The notes under the pieces were generated by a model. The model worked only from the letters and a program-made list of their open reading frames with translations, did no database searches and was not told the DNA's origin. From an uncultured Gemmatimonadaceae bacterium (lineage in GTDB: Bacteria > Gemmatimonadota > Gemmatimonadetes > Gemmatimonadales > Gemmatimonadaceae): DNA of 64,000 bases. Both the position numbers and the translations under genes were made by a program. Location of the stretch: the NCBI GenBank assembly GCA_963790305.1, contig CAWBOC010000009.1, positions 64,001 through 128,000 of the forward strand, given 5' to 3'. Positions 36,684 to 48,260 of the stretch are shown here, one piece after another (within the stretch, counting starts at the first letter, position 1; every line of letters starts with the position of its first letter).

Positions 36684-36774
36684 AGGTGATCGAGGTGGGC
36701 GAGGATGTCGAAGGTGATCGAGGCGCTGACGCTCACCTGGATCACCTCGATATCCTCGACTACCTCGACACCCT
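36684..36774. repeat. Nonamer-armed hairpin
   Basis: AGGTGATCG AGGTGGGCG AGGATGTCG aAGGTGATCG AGG ... CCT GGATCACCT CGATATCCT CGACTACCT CGACACCCT. Confidence 0.85.
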
Positions 36775-37848
36775 ATTTGTTAGGCCACTGGGGCCATGTT
36801 TTCACTAGCGATCCGACCGCCTGAACACGCCGCTCAGCGAGTCGATCGGCAGCGTGGTACGACGGGATCGCGTCCTGCTTCGCGATCTCGAACACGGAAA
36901 GCACCGTCTCGTAGATCTCGTCGGCCTTGCGCAGCGAGCGCGCCGAGCTCCCACCCGGCAATCTCGCTGTACACGTTGATGACTCCACCCGCATTCGCCA
37001 CGTAGTCGGGAGCGTAGAGGATTTCCGCGCTCCTCGAGCGCATCCCCGTGCCGGTCCTCGAGAAGCTGGTTGTTCGCGGCGCCGGCCACGATCTCCACCC
37101 GAAGCTGCGGCATCGTCTTGTCGTTGATGATGCCGCCCAACGCGCACGGGCGCAAAGATGTCGGCTTCGACGCAATAGATGTCGTCGGGCTTGACCGGCC
37201 GTCGCACCGAAGTCGGTAACGACGCGCTTGACCCGTTCGGCGTCGATGTCGGTGACGATGAGCTTCGCGCCGGCGGTGTTGCAGCTCCTGCGCAAGGTAG
37301 TAGCCGACGTGCCCACACCCTGAATCGCGACGGCGCGGTCGCTGAGGTCGTCGTCGTCCCAGCGCCATTTCGCGGACGCCTGAATCGCGCGGAACACGCC
37401 GCGCGCAGTCACGGGCGACGGATCGCCGGAGCGATCGGTGAGCCCGGTGACATAGTCGGTCTCCATGTGGACGAAGTCCATGTCGGCGGTGCTGGTGCCG
37501 ACATCCTCGGCCGTGACGTACCGGCCGCCGAGACTCTCGACGAATCGGCCGTGCGCGCGAAAGAGCATCTCTCGGCCGAGCGTCTTGTTGTCGCCGATGA
37601 TGACCGCTTTGCCGCCCGCCGAGGTTGAGTCCGGCGACGGCATTCTTGTAGGTCATTCCGCGCGACAGTCGCAGCGCATCGACGATGGCTTCCTCGTCGC
37701 TCGCGTACTTCCAGAAGCGCGTACCGCCGAGCGCGGGCCCGAGCGTGGTGCTGTGAATCGCGATCACTCCGCGGTAGCCGGCGGAATCATCATGGCAGAG
37801 CACGACCTGCTCGTGCCCCATGGAGGCGATCGTGTCGAAGAGCTTCAC
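36773..37848 (-). CDS. ldh: Leucine/valine dehydrogenase (Glu/Leu/Phe/Val DH family); several indels
   Basis: [49 protein letters not shown] across frames. Confidence 0.92.
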
Positions 37849-37872
37849 GTGCCGGAGTGGTTAGGTGAACGT

Positions 37873-37957
37873 CGAATGCGGAATTGCGGAATGCGGAGTT
37901 GAAACTCGCGCACAGAATCGTGTTTTCAGTCGTTCCGCATGCCGTATTCCGCATTCG
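37873..37957. repeat. Heptamer-armed palindrome (GAATGCG family)
   Basis: C GAATGCG GAATTGCG GAATGCG GA ... TTC CGCATGC CGTATTC CGCATTC G; 4 bp past the acyl-CoA dehydrogenase stop. Confidence 0.88.
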
Positions 37958-37961
37958 GCCT

Positions 37962-39129
37962 TTATTTCGCATACAACTGTCTCGCAATGACAATCCGCTG
38001 GATCTCGGATGTCCCTTCATAGATCTCCGTCACCTTCGCATCGCGGAAGAGGCGCTCGACCGGATACTCCTTCATGTACCCGTAGCCGCCGAAGATCTGG
38101 ATCGCTTCCGTCGTCACCCACATGGCGGTTTCGCTCGCGAACAGCTTGCTCATCGAGCTGAACTGGGTGATCGGCTCGCCACGGTCCTTCGCCGACGCGG
38201 CGGAGTAGAGCAACGCTCGGGCCGCGGTAATGCGCGTCGCCATGTTCGCGAGCTTGAACTGGATCGCCTCGAACTCCTTGATCGGATGTCCGAACTGGCG
38301 ACGCTCCGCCGCGTAGCGCACCGAGTACTCGAGCGCCGCGCGCGCGATGCCGACTGCCTGCGCCGCCACTCCCAGTCGGCCGTTGTCCAGCGACTGCATC
38401 GCGTAGACGAACCCCTTCCCCTCGCTGGCCGAGCAGCTGGTCCGCCGGGACGCGCATGTCGATCGAAGCTGAGCTGGACCGTCGGCGACGCGCGCAGCCC
38501 GAGCTTGTCTCTCCTTCTTGCCGACGCGAAATCCCTCGAGGTCGGGGGTGACGATGAACGCGCTGATGCCGCGAGCGCCGCGGCGCTCTCCCGGGCCGGT
38601 CGGTTCGCGCCATGGCGAGGATGACGCCGGCCTGGTTGCCGCTCGTGACCCACGCCTTCGTCCCGTTGAGGATCCAGGCATCTCCGTCGCGGACCGCCTG
38701 CGTCGTCATCGCTGCCGCATCCGATCCCGCTTCCGGCTCCGAGAGAGCGAAGGCACCGAGCCACTCGCCACGCGCCATGGGCGGCAGAACCGCTGCGCGC
38801 TGCGCCTCGGAGCCGTAGCGCAGGATCATCTGCGTCGGCAGCGAGTTGTGGACACTCATCGCCACGGCGACCGAGGCATCCACGGCCGCGATCTCCTCGA
38901 GCGCTACCAGATACGTCACCGTGTCGAAGCCCCAAGCCCGTCGTACTGCTCCGGCACCATCATGCCGAGGAACCCGAGCTCGGCGAGCTTGCCGATGATG
39001 GCGGGATCCATCGCCGCCTCGCGATCCCACTTCGTCGGCGTGCGGCGCGATCTCCGAACGCGCGAAGTCCCGCGCGAGCTGCTGAATCTCCTTCTGCTGT
39101 TCAGTGAGAGGGATGAGCGCCCAGGACAT
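37962..39129 (-). CDS. Acyl-CoA dehydrogenase; several indels
   Basis: FALSEPEAGSDA, NGTKAWVT, RRQFGHPI, QIFGGYGY, EIYEGTSEIQR. Confidence 0.93.
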
Positions 39130-39138
39130 CGCGGTGGC

Positions 39139-39989
39139 TCAGTAGGTGTAGAAACCGCGACCGGACTTCCGACCGAGCCAGCCGGCGGCGACGTACTTCT
39201 TCAGCAGCGGACAGGCCCTGTACTTGGGATCGCCCAGTCCGTCCTGCAAGACCTCGAGAATCGCGACGCAGGTATCGAGTCCGATCAGATCGGCGAGGGC
39301 GAGCGGCCCCATCGGATGGTTCATCCCGAGCGTCATCACCTTGTCGATCGCCTCGGGCGTTCCTACACCCTCCATCACGCAGTAGGCCGCCTCGTTGATC
39401 ATCGGCATGAGGACGCGGTTCGAGACGAAGCCGGGCGAGTCGTTCACCTCCACCGCGATTTTCCCCAGCTGCTTGCGCGTACGCCATCACGGTCGCCGTC
39501 GTCTCGTCGCTGGTCGCCAGACCGCGAATGATCTCGACCAGCCGCATGACCGGCACGGGATTCATGAAGTGCATGCCGATCACGCGGTCCGGCCGCTTCG
39601 TGCGGCCGGCAATCTCGGTGATCGAGATCGAGCTGGTGTTCGTGGCGAGAATGGTCTCCGGGGGCGCGATCGCGTCGAGATCGGCGAACAGCTTGAACTT
39701 GAGCTCGGCATTCTCGCTCGCGGCCTCGACGACGAGCGTCGCTTCGCGTCGCGACACTGAGATCCTCGCCCACCGCAGAGGCGCTGCAGTGCCCCGTCCC
39801 GCTTCTCGGCGTCGAGCTGCCCCTTTTCCAGAAACCGCGCGAGGCTCTTCTCGATCGAGCCACGCGCCCGCGCCACAGCGTCGCCCGATACATCGACCAT
39901 CGTCACTGGGATGCTCCGCCATGGCAAATACCTGAGCAATGCCGGCTTCCCATCTGCCCCGCCCCAATGACGACGACGCGTTCCTTCAT
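39139..39989 (-). CDS. hbd: 3-hydroxybutyryl-CoA dehydrogenase; several indels
   Basis: [42 protein letters not shown]. Confidence 0.93.
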
Positions 39990-40877
39990 GCGGCTTCTCC
40001 GTCGTCGCGGCGCCGGCGGCGGAGCAGAAGTACTGCCGCGACGAGCATCCCGGCAATTGCGCCGGCGCCTCCTTCCGGACCCCACGCGCCCCCCGTCGCC
40101 CAGTCGGGGCCGCCATCGATGACACGGTAGTCGCCCACCGGCATATCCTGCCCGCTCAACGCCGTATGCAGGAAGACCGCGAGCGTGAGGTTCCAGGCGA
40201 AGTGCGCCGCGGTCGCGGCCCACAGGCTCCGTATCCGGTACACGACGGCACCGAGGAAAATGCCGGCAATCGTCACCAGAACGATCGCGCTCAGCGCCGC
40301 GTTGGGATTGAACGCGTGCAGCAGTCCGAACACGACGCTGGTGAGGACGATCGCCCCCGGCCAGCCTAACGTCTCGCGAAGGACGGCCAGCGGGTAGCCA
40401 CGAATCATGAGCTCCTCCGTCAGCGCCGCCGGCAGGAGCATCATCGTCGTCGCCAGCGCGCCGGTGTGCCAGACACCCGGTGCATCGGCCACGTCGAGCC
40501 ACCCCACGGCCGATGAGAATGATCGACGGAACGCCAATGGCGAGCGCCCCAATCAGAAATCCCGCCGCCAGCAATCGCGGGCCCGCTGCGCGTCGGTCCA
40601 GCCAGACGAAGTCCCATCCTCGGTGCTCGATGAACCGCAGGACGAAGGCGTGCGCTCCTAGAAGAGCCAGCACACTTCCCCAGTAGGTGAGGATGACGTC
40701 CAGCCCAACGACATCCGCAGGGGAAAGAACCTCGGCGCGCTCTGACGATGGTACGAGAAGCCCGACGAGTCCGAAGGCAAGCACCGCGAGAACGACCGCG
40801 ACGAGCCCGAACACGAGCAATCGCCACGGCGCGCGGAGTCTGCCGTCTGCCGAACGCAGCACCGCGCGCGCCGTCAA
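39986..40877 (-). CDS. CPBP/CAAX family intramembrane protease (indel near 40508)
   Basis: EELMIRGY, FGLLH, HFAWN, GGAWGPEG. Confidence 0.88.
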
Positions 40878-41422
40878 GCGGTCGCGCGCGGTGTCTTCGG
40901 TGAGAGCGCGGCGGCGGCGAGCACTTTCAGTAGATCGAGCGGGACGAACGGCGTTGCTCCCAGCGCAATCGCCCGTTCCGCGCTTCCGGTAAGCGCGAGC
41001 AGCTGGAGAAATCCGCCGACGTGAATCACCGCGATGCCCGCGGCGGCCGCGGCAACACGAAAGGCGAAATCACGACGCTTCGTGACGACGAGCCCGGCAA
41101 CGAACGCGGCCACCGGGTACGCCCAGAGGTAGCCTCCGGTGGGACCGAGAAGGCGTGCGAAGCCGGGCGCCCCCATCGGCGCGAACACGGGGAGGCCCGC
41201 CATCCCTGCGGCGAGGTAGAGCGCCATGCTCGTGGCTCCAGCGATGGGCCCGAGCCACAACCCGGCGAGCACCACGACCAGCGGCTGCAGCGTCATCGGA
41301 ACCGGTGTGCCCGGTATCGGGATCGCCACCTGCGACGCCGCCGCCAGGGCGACAGCGAACCCAGCCACGCCAAGGGCCGTCGTGCGCGTGTCGCGCAGGA
41401 GGAACGTCGTGCTCGTGCCCAT
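40874..41422 (-). CDS. bioY: Biotin transporter BioY
   Basis: PVPMTLQ, GLPVFA, GPTGGYL, PFVPLDLLK. Confidence 0.93.
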   Translation of the reverse strand: MGTSTTFLLRDTRTTALGVAGFAVALAAASQVAIPIPGTPVPMTLQPLVVVLAGLWLGPIAGATSMALYLAAGMAGLPVFAPMGAPGFARLLGPTGGYLWAYPVAAFVAGLVVTKRRDFAFRVAAAAAGIAVIHVGGFLQLLALTGSAERAIALGATPFVPLDLLKVLAAAALSPKTPRATA

Positions 41423-42634
41423 TAGTTCATGCGCTCCACGCTGAGGGCGACCGCGTCTCCGCCACCGAGGCAGAGCGTGGCGAGCCCGGTTTCCTCGTCT
41501 CGATCACGCATCGCGTACAACAGCGTCGTGAGCACGCGCGCGCCGCTCGCTCCGATTGGATGGCCAAGCGCGATGGCACCGCCATGCACGTTGACACGGT
41601 CCCAATCCCATCCGAGCGCCGTCCCATCGGCGATCGCTTGTACGGCAAAGGCTTCGTTCGCCTCGATGAGATCGTAATCCCCGATCTTCGTTCCGGCGCG
41701 GCTCATGAGGCGCTTCACGGCCTCGATCGGCGCGAAGAAGAGATCGCGCGGCTCCACCGCACCGGTCGCATACGCGTTGATGCGTGCCAACATCGTGAGG
41801 CCATGCGCGCGCGCATACTCTTCCGATGTCACCACCAGCGCCGAGGCGCCGTCGTTCATCGGCAATGCATTGCCGGCGGTCACCGTGAGCTCCTCGGGAC
41901 GCGCGCCGTTGCTCGCGAACGCCGGCCGCAGCTTGCCGAGCGAATCCAGGCTGGTGTCGCGCCGCGGACCTTCGTCGGTGTCCACGGCCGTGGGACCTTT
42001 CTTCCCGGGAATCTGCACCGGGACGATCTCTTCACGGAATTTTCCCGCGTCGATCGCCGCAACCGCCTTTTCGTGCGAGCGGACCGCAAACTCATCCTGC
42101 ATCTGTCCGGGAGACGCTCGCCTTCTTTGCCGTATACTCGGCGTGCCCCCCCATGTGGACGTCGCAGAAGGAGCACCAGAGTCCGTCGCGAATGACGCCG
42201 TCGACCAGCGTTTGATCGCCGAATTTGACGCCCGAGCGCAACCCATAGAGGTAATGAGGCGCATTGGACATCGACTCCTGTCCGCCCGCCACGATCACCT
42301 GCGCGTCGCCCGCCTTGATCGCCTGCGCCGCCAGCATCACCGCCTTGAGCCCGGACCCGCACACCTTGTTGATCGTGAGCGCAGACACCGTGGCGGGAAG
42401 GCCGCTGCGAATCGCGGCCTGACGTGCAGGGGCCTGGCCCACACCACCCTGTACCACGTTCCCCATGATCACTTCCTGCACGTCCTCGGCCCCAATGCGC
42501 GCGCGCTTGACGGCCTCGCGTATGGCGGTGGCGCCGAGGTCGGGGGCGCTGACCGATGCCAGCGCGCCGAGGTAGCGGCCAATGGGCGTGCGGGTGGCAG
42601 AGATGATTACCGGAGTGCGGCTGGGATCAGGCAT
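41422..42634 (-). CDS. Acetyl-CoA acetyltransferase (thiolase; indel near 42110)
   Basis: [29 protein letters not shown]. Confidence 0.95.
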
Positions 42635-42683
42635 GGAAAAAAATCTAAACGGCTGCGAGTTCGAGATGTCAGGGCGACGGCAG

Positions 42684-42826
42684 GAGCACCTTCCGAAGAC
42701 GTCAGAGGTCAGACATCAGATGTCAGTTGTCAGATAACCTACGGGGAGCCGGCTTGCGGCTCCCCGTAATGGTTTTCTGAACACTGAGACCTGACGTCTG
42801 GCCCCTGACGTCGTCGGAAGTTGCTC
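42684..42826. repeat. Heptamer-armed hairpin with a perfect 12-bp core stem
   Basis: GAGCACC TTCCGAA GACGTCA GAGGTCA GACATCA GATGTCA GTTGTCA GATAACC TACGGGGAGCCG-gcttg-CGGCTCCCCGTA ... TGACGTC TGGCCCC TGACGTC GTCGGAA GTTGCTC. Confidence 0.9.
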
Positions 42827-42828
42827 TT

Positions 42829-44980
42829 TCACTCCGGCATTGAGACAGCCGGTACTCCCGCCAATCCGAGTTGATCTATCATGAACGCGTACCTGAACGC
42901 GAGCTCTCTGAGGTTGTCGTAGCGGCCCGACGCGCCGCCGTGGCCGGCGCCCATGTTCGTCTTCAGCACGAGGAGGTTGCCGTCCGTCTTGTTGGCGCGG
43001 ATCTTCGCGACCCATTTCGCCGGCTCCCAATACGCCACGCGCGGATCGTTGAGCCCCGTCGTCACCAGCATCGACGGATACGTCTTGCCGACGTTGTCGT
43101 ATGGCGAGTACGACTTCATGTAGGTGTAGTGCTCCTTGACGTGCGGATCGCCCCACTGCTGCCACTCGCCGGCGGTGAGCGGGATCGACGCATCCATCAT
43201 GGTGTTGATGACGTCGACGAACGGCACATCGGCAACGACGACCTTGAACAGGTCGGGACGCATCGTCACTACGGCACCCATCAACAGTCCGCCGGCGCTG
43301 CCGCCGCGAATCGCCAGCTTCTCCTTCGAGGTGTAGCCCTCACGAATCGAGATGCTCCGCCGACGCGATGAAGTCGGTGAAGGTGTTCCGCTTGTTGAGC
43401 ATCTTGCCCTGGTCGTACCACCAGCGTCCCATCTCCTGCCCGCCGCGGATGTGCGCGATCGCATACACGAAGCCGCGATCGAGGAGCGACAGGTTGTTCG
43501 ACGAGAACGTCGGATCGGTGCTCGAGCCGTACGAGCCGTACGAGTAGAGCAGCATCGGACGCGAGCCGTCCTTCACCAGCGGCTTGCGATACACCAGCGA
43601 GACCGGAACCATCACGCCGTCGGAGGCCTTCGCCCACGTCCGCTCGGTGGCATACTGGGATGGATCGTATCCACCCAGGACATCCTGCCGCTTCTTCAGC
43701 TCACGCTGCTTGGTCGCCATCTCGTAGTCGTAGACCGTCGACGGGGTGACGAGCGACGTGTACACGAATCGGAGCGTGCGCGTGTCGAACTCCGGGTTCC
43801 CGCCCCACCGCACGGTGTAGACCGGCTCATCCATCGCGATGTGGTGCTCCGCGCCACTGGCGAAGTCGCGGATGCGGAAGCGCGTAAGGGCCTTATCGCG
43901 TTCCATCAGGACGAGATGATTCCGGAACACGTCGAAGTCGGCGAGGAGCACCGAGTCGCGGTGTGCGACGACCGTCGTCCAGTTCTCAGGCTTCGGATCG
44001 CGGTCCGGCGCGCGCACCAGCTTGAAGTTCGTCGCGTTGTCGTTCGTGCGGATGTAGAAGTGCGTGCCGTGGTGCTCGACCGAGTACTCCACGTTCGGAC
44101 GTCCCGCCGAGATGACCTTCGGAGCCTCCCCGGGACGGTACGCATCGATGTAATACCATGTCGACTGCGTGAAGCTCTCATCGCCGATGAGCAGGAAACG
44201 ATCGTCCTTCGTCTTGGTGATGCCGAGCCCGAACAGCACGTCGGGCTGATGATGGATCATCACATCGCTCGACGTCGGCATGCCGAGCGTGTGGCGGAAG
44301 ATGCGATCGGGGCGCTGGGCAGAATCGGTGCGCGTGTAGAACAGCGTGCGATTGTCGTTCGCCCACTGGATGCCGAAGTGCACATCATGAATCTGATCGG
44401 GGAGCATCGTGTTCCGCGCGATGTTCTTCACGACGAGGGTGAAGTGCTCCGAGCCGCTCGTGTCGACGAGGAAGGCGAACAGCCGGTGATCAGGGCTCAC
44501 CTGCGTTCCACCGAGGCGGAAGTAGCCCTTCCCTGCCGCCATCACGTTCTCATCGAGCAGCACTTCCTCGGGAGCGTCGAGCGATCCCTTCTTGCGCGCG
44601 TAAATCTGATATTGCTTCCCCTCTTCGGTGCGCGTGTAATAGAAGAAGGAATCACGACGCACGGGCACGGTGAGATCGGTCTGCTTGATGCGCCCGAGCA
44701 TCTCCTTGTAGAGCTGCTCCTGCAGCGGCGCGAGATGCTTCGTCATCTGATCCGTGTAGGCGTTCTCCGCCTCGAGATACTTGATGACGTCCGGATTCTT
44801 TCGATCGCGCAGCCAGAAGTAGTTGTCGACGAGGATGTCGCCATGAATCGTGTCCACCTTGGCGACCGGCTTCGCGAGAGGTGGCGCCGGCGTCTGCGCG
44901 ACAGTGGTCGCGAGCGGCGACAGCAGCGCGAGCGTCCACACGAGCGTGCGCGCGCGGATCGAGAACGAGGACCTACTCAT
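42829..44980 (-). CDS. ptrB: Oligopeptidase B (S9A) with signal peptide (indel near 43345)
   Basis: AGGAGG RBS; DNYFWLR, HIRGGQE, GGSAGG, NDPRV, GHGG. Confidence 0.95.
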
Positions 44981-45018
44981 GAAACCTCCTGAAAGACTCT
45001 TGGACGTGCGAAAAACGA

Positions 45019-45218
45019 GGAACCGCAGATAGCCGCAGATAGCCGCAACAACAACTGCAACCGCAGTTGGCCACGGCTGAACGCGCATAACAGCCACGGA
45101 TTGTTCCGAGTCCGGACTAGCCCTCCTCACGTGAAACATCCTGCTTTTCCGTGAAAACGGTGGCTGGCGTTTTACGCCGTTGCAGTTCTTGCGGCCTTCT
45201 GCGGCCATCTGCGGTTCC
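45019..45218. repeat. 200-bp MITE-like element with decamer-repeat inverted arms
   Basis: GG AACCGCAGAT AGCCGCAGAT AGCCGCAA..AACTGCAAC ... GTTGCAGTT c TTGCGGCC TTCTGCGGCC ATCTGCGGTT CC; inner CAGCCAC/GTGGCTG pair. Confidence 0.85.
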
Positions 45219-45224
45219 ACGGAC

Positions 45225-47207
45225 TCACGACCCCGAAGCAGCAGCGCGAAGCTCCAAAGCGCGTGTCGAAATCTCGTCGCGAACTCGGGCGATGAACTCG
45301 TCCACTGGCACGGGGACAGGATGCTGCTTCTCCCCGGCGCCGCGCACGCTCACCGCGATCGTCCCCTGCTCGGCCTCGCGCTTCCCAACCACGGCGAGAT
45401 ACGGAACCTTGAGCCGCATTCCTTCCGCGATCTTGTACTTCAGCGTCTCCGACCGGTCGTCGAGATGGACGCGGATCCCCGCCTCCGTCATCCGGCGAGC
45501 CGCCTCGGTTGCAGCATCGCGTTGCGCATCGGTGATCGAGATGACGCGCACCTGCTCCGGCGACAGCCAGGTGGGAAACGCGCCGGCGAGATGCTCGATC
45601 AGCGCGCCGATGAACCGCTCGAGCGTCCCGTAAATCGCCCGGTGGATCATCACCGGTCGATGCGGCTTGTTGTCCGCGCCCGCGTACTCCAGCTCGAATC
45701 GATCGGGAAGCTGGAAATCGAGCTGGATGGTGGGGCCCTGCCAGAGTCGCCCAATCGCGTCCCTGAACTTCACGTCAATCTTTGGCCCGTAGAAGGCACC
45801 ACCGCCAGCGTCAATACGGTAAGGAATCTGTTTGCGCTCGAGCGCTCGCTTGAGCGTATCCTCGGCACGATCCCATGCGGCGTCGTCGCCCAGCTTTTCG
45901 GGCGGCCTCGTGGAGACCTCGAAGTCCAGGTCGAACCCGAATGTCTGCCTGATGAGCCGCTCGACCTGATCGAGACAAAGAAAAATCTCATCCTCTGCCT
46001 GATCGAGCGTGCAGAAGATGTGGGCATCGTCCATCGACAGCATGCGGACGCGCAGCAGGCCATGCAGGACCCCCGACTTCTCGTTGCGATAGACGTTCGC
46101 TACCTCCGAGAGCCGCAACGGCAGATCGCGGTAGCTCCGAGGCTGCGACTTGTAGATCAGAGCGTGCATCGGGCAGTTCATCGGCTTCACGCGATACCGC
46201 ACGTTCTCCGATTCTCCCGCGCCAGCCGCCATCGGCGGATACTGGTTCGCCTCGTACAGCGGGAGATGTCCCGAGACGTGAAACAGCTCCTCGCGCGTGA
46301 TGTTCGGCGTGTACACGAGCTCGTAGCCGTTGGCGACGTTGTCGTCCTCGACCGCTCGCGAGAGCAGCCACTTGATCTTCGCCCCTCGTGGGTGCCAGAA
46401 GACCAGGCCGGGACCAACGATGTCCTGGATCGAAAAAAGATCGAGCTGCTTGCCGATCACGCGGTGGTCGCGGCGCTTCGCCTCCTCGATGCGATGCAGG
46501 TGCGTCTCGAGCTCTTCCTTCTTGAAGAAGGCGGTGCCGTAGATGCGCTGCAGCGTCTGTCGCTTCTCGTCGCCACGCCAGTACGCTGCCGCGGTCGAGA
46601 GCAGCTTGAAGTGCTTGACGTACGATGTGTCGGGCACGTGCGGTCCCCGGCAGAGATCCACGAACGGCCCGTCCGTATAGACCGAGATGACTTCGTCAGC
46701 GCCAAGCTCCTCGAGTCGTTCGAGCTTGAGCGGGTCGTCGGCGAAGCGGCGCCGCGCAGCAGGCTTGTCCACTTCCTCCCGCACGAACGGCAGCTTCTCG
46801 GCCACGACCTTCCGCATCTCGTCCTCGAACACCGCGACATCATCGGGCGTGAAGGGTCGCGTCACCTCGAAGTCGTAGTAGAACCCGTCCTCGATTGCCG
46901 GTCCAAATCCGATCTTGGCGTCAGGGCGCAGGCGTCGCACCGCGGTCGCGAGGATGTGCGCGGCCGAGTGGCGGAGCACATCGAGCGACGTCGCGTCGCG
47001 TTCCGTGAGCACTTTGAACGAGCCGCTTTCACGGATGGGTGTGGCGAGGTCCTGGATATGGCCATTCACCTCGACGGCAATCGCCGCGCGAAGCAGCCCC
47101 GCCCCGATCGAGGCGACGACGTCGCGAGGGAGAGCGCCGTGCTCGACCTCGCGGGTCGAGCCGTCGGGCAACTTCAGCGTCAGCATGTCGGTGGCGCTTT
47201 CAATCAC
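45225..47207 (-). CDS. thrS: Threonyl-tRNA synthetase
   Basis: TGS domain, RHSAAH, DLCRGPH, RDHR, KPMNCP, FYGPKID, IQLDF, HRAIYG. Confidence 0.98.
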   Translation of the reverse strand: MIESATDMLTLKLPDGSTREVEHGALPRDVVASIGAGLLRAAIAVEVNGHIQDLATPIRESGSFKVLTERDATSLDVLRHSAAHILATAVRRLRPDAKIGFGPAIEDGFYYDFEVTRPFTPDDVAVFEDEMRKVVAEKLPFVREEVDKPAARRRFADDPLKLERLEELGADEVISVYTDGPFVDLCRGPHVPDTSYVKHFKLLSTAAAYWRGDEKRQTLQRIYGTAFFKKEELETHLHRIEEAKRRDHRVIGKQLDLFSIQDIVGPGLVFWHPRGAKIKWLLSRAVEDDNVANGYELVYTPNITREELFHVSGHLPLYEANQYPPMAAGAGESENVRYRVKPMNCPMHALIYKSQPRSYRDLPLRLSEVANVYRNEKSGVLHGLLRVRMLSMDDAHIFCTLDQAEDEIFLCLDQVERLIRQTFGFDLDFEVSTRPPEKLGDDAAWDRAEDTLKRALERKQIPYRIDAGGGAFYGPKIDVKFRDAIGRLWQGPTIQLDFQLPDRFELEYAGADNKPHRPVMIHRAIYGTLERFIGALIEHLAGAFPTWLSPEQVRVISITDAQRDAATEAARRMTEAGIRVHLDDRSETLKYKIAEGMRLKVPYLAVVGKREAEQGTIAVSVRGAGEKQHPVPVPVDEFIARVRDEISTRALELRAAASGS

Positions 47208-47356
47208 GAAGAAATCCCGTGGATGACCGAGGGCGTCTCCCGCGCGAAGCGGAAGTACAGGTACAGTCCGATGAGCAGCAGCACCGCCGCGATGAGCCAG
47301 ATCACCGCGCGGCCGGCGTATCCTCGCTCCGGACGAGAGGGCTCAGGTGAGGTCAT
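47204..47356 (-). CDS. Small single-TM protein (50 aa) coupled to thrS
   Basis: Hydrophobic AVIWLIAAVLLLIGLYLYF; its TGA overlaps the thrS GTG. Confidence 0.55.
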   Translation of the reverse strand: MTSPEPSRPERGYAGRAVIWLIAAVLLLIGLYLYFRFARETPSVIHGISS

Positions 47357-47471
47357 TGCGTGATTTCGAAGGGGCGAACGGGAGGCGGTAGGTGGCCTTC
47401 TTCTTGCCTCTACTCGCGCGTACTCACCCAGAAAGCTACCCTTACGATACAACCTCCGCCACAGGGGAAGC

Positions 47472-48260
47472 ATGGCTCCATTTCGGTATCGGGACGAGGG
47501 CGAGTCTCTCGGCGGCGCTCTCGCGAAGATCGGGGTTGGTGCCGCCGCCGGTTTCGTCGTCGGCGTCATCATGGCGCAGAAGGTCGGCGGCATCTCGGGA
47601 CTCTCGTCCAGGCTTCGTGACAAGATCGCAGGCCTCGGCGGCGACGACGTCGATCGCTACCGCGTATCGCGCGGCCTCACCGCTGACGACGGCCTCGACA
47701 CCATGCTCGAGGAGCGCGTTCTCGAGGCCTTCCGCAATGATCCGATCCTGAGCGAGCGCGGCATCGATATCGGGTCGGTCGGCGAGGGAACGATCGAGCT
47801 GACGGGCTGGGTCGAGACACCGGACGAATCCGAGCGAGCGACGACGATCACGCGCGGAGTTCCCGGCATTGAGACCGTCGTGAATCGCATCATCGTTGGG
47901 GAGGAGGAAGACATGCTCGATGAGAATGCGCGGCGCCACGCCGAAGGAGACCCCGCACTGAACGAAGGGCGCTGGGAAGGTCAGCGGGTCGGAACGGGCC
48001 GCCGGCGCCAGGGGAATTCGGAGGAGCTCGACCGTCACGCGGATCCCAAGCCCGAGCTCGAGAACCGTTGGCTCGCCGAGCAGCACGCGCTCGAACAGGC
48101 GGCGGACGACACGCCGGATACGGGCGTGCGCCGCAGCACGACTCGCAAGGCGCGCCGCGGCGGCCGCGCTGACGGAAGCCCGGTCGCACCGACGGGCGTC
48201 CCGAAGGCCGACCACGTAGCGGATCCGCTCGGAGTCGAGGAGCCGCCGAGGGCGGACTAG
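47472..48260 (+). CDS. BON domain protein
   Basis: Hydrophobic N-terminus; LEERVLEAFRNDP..IELTGWV..VPGIETVVNRI. Confidence 0.8.
   Translation: MAPFRYRDEGESLGGALAKIGVGAAAGFVVGVIMAQKVGGISGLSSRLRDKIAGLGGDDVDRYRVSRGLTADDGLDTMLEERVLEAFRNDPILSERGIDIGSVGEGTIELTGWVETPDESERATTITRGVPGIETVVNRIIVGEEEDMLDENARRHAEGDPALNEGRWEGQRVGTGRRRQGNSEELDRHADPKPELENRWLAEQHALEQAADDTPDTGVRRSTTRKARRGGRADGSPVAPTGVPKADHVADPLGVEEPPRAD

Noticed and set aside
36197..43464. Pseudogene cluster or programmed frameshifting
   Set aside because: No nonsense codons or consistent slippery sites, and essential genes are hit as well; sequencing error is simpler.
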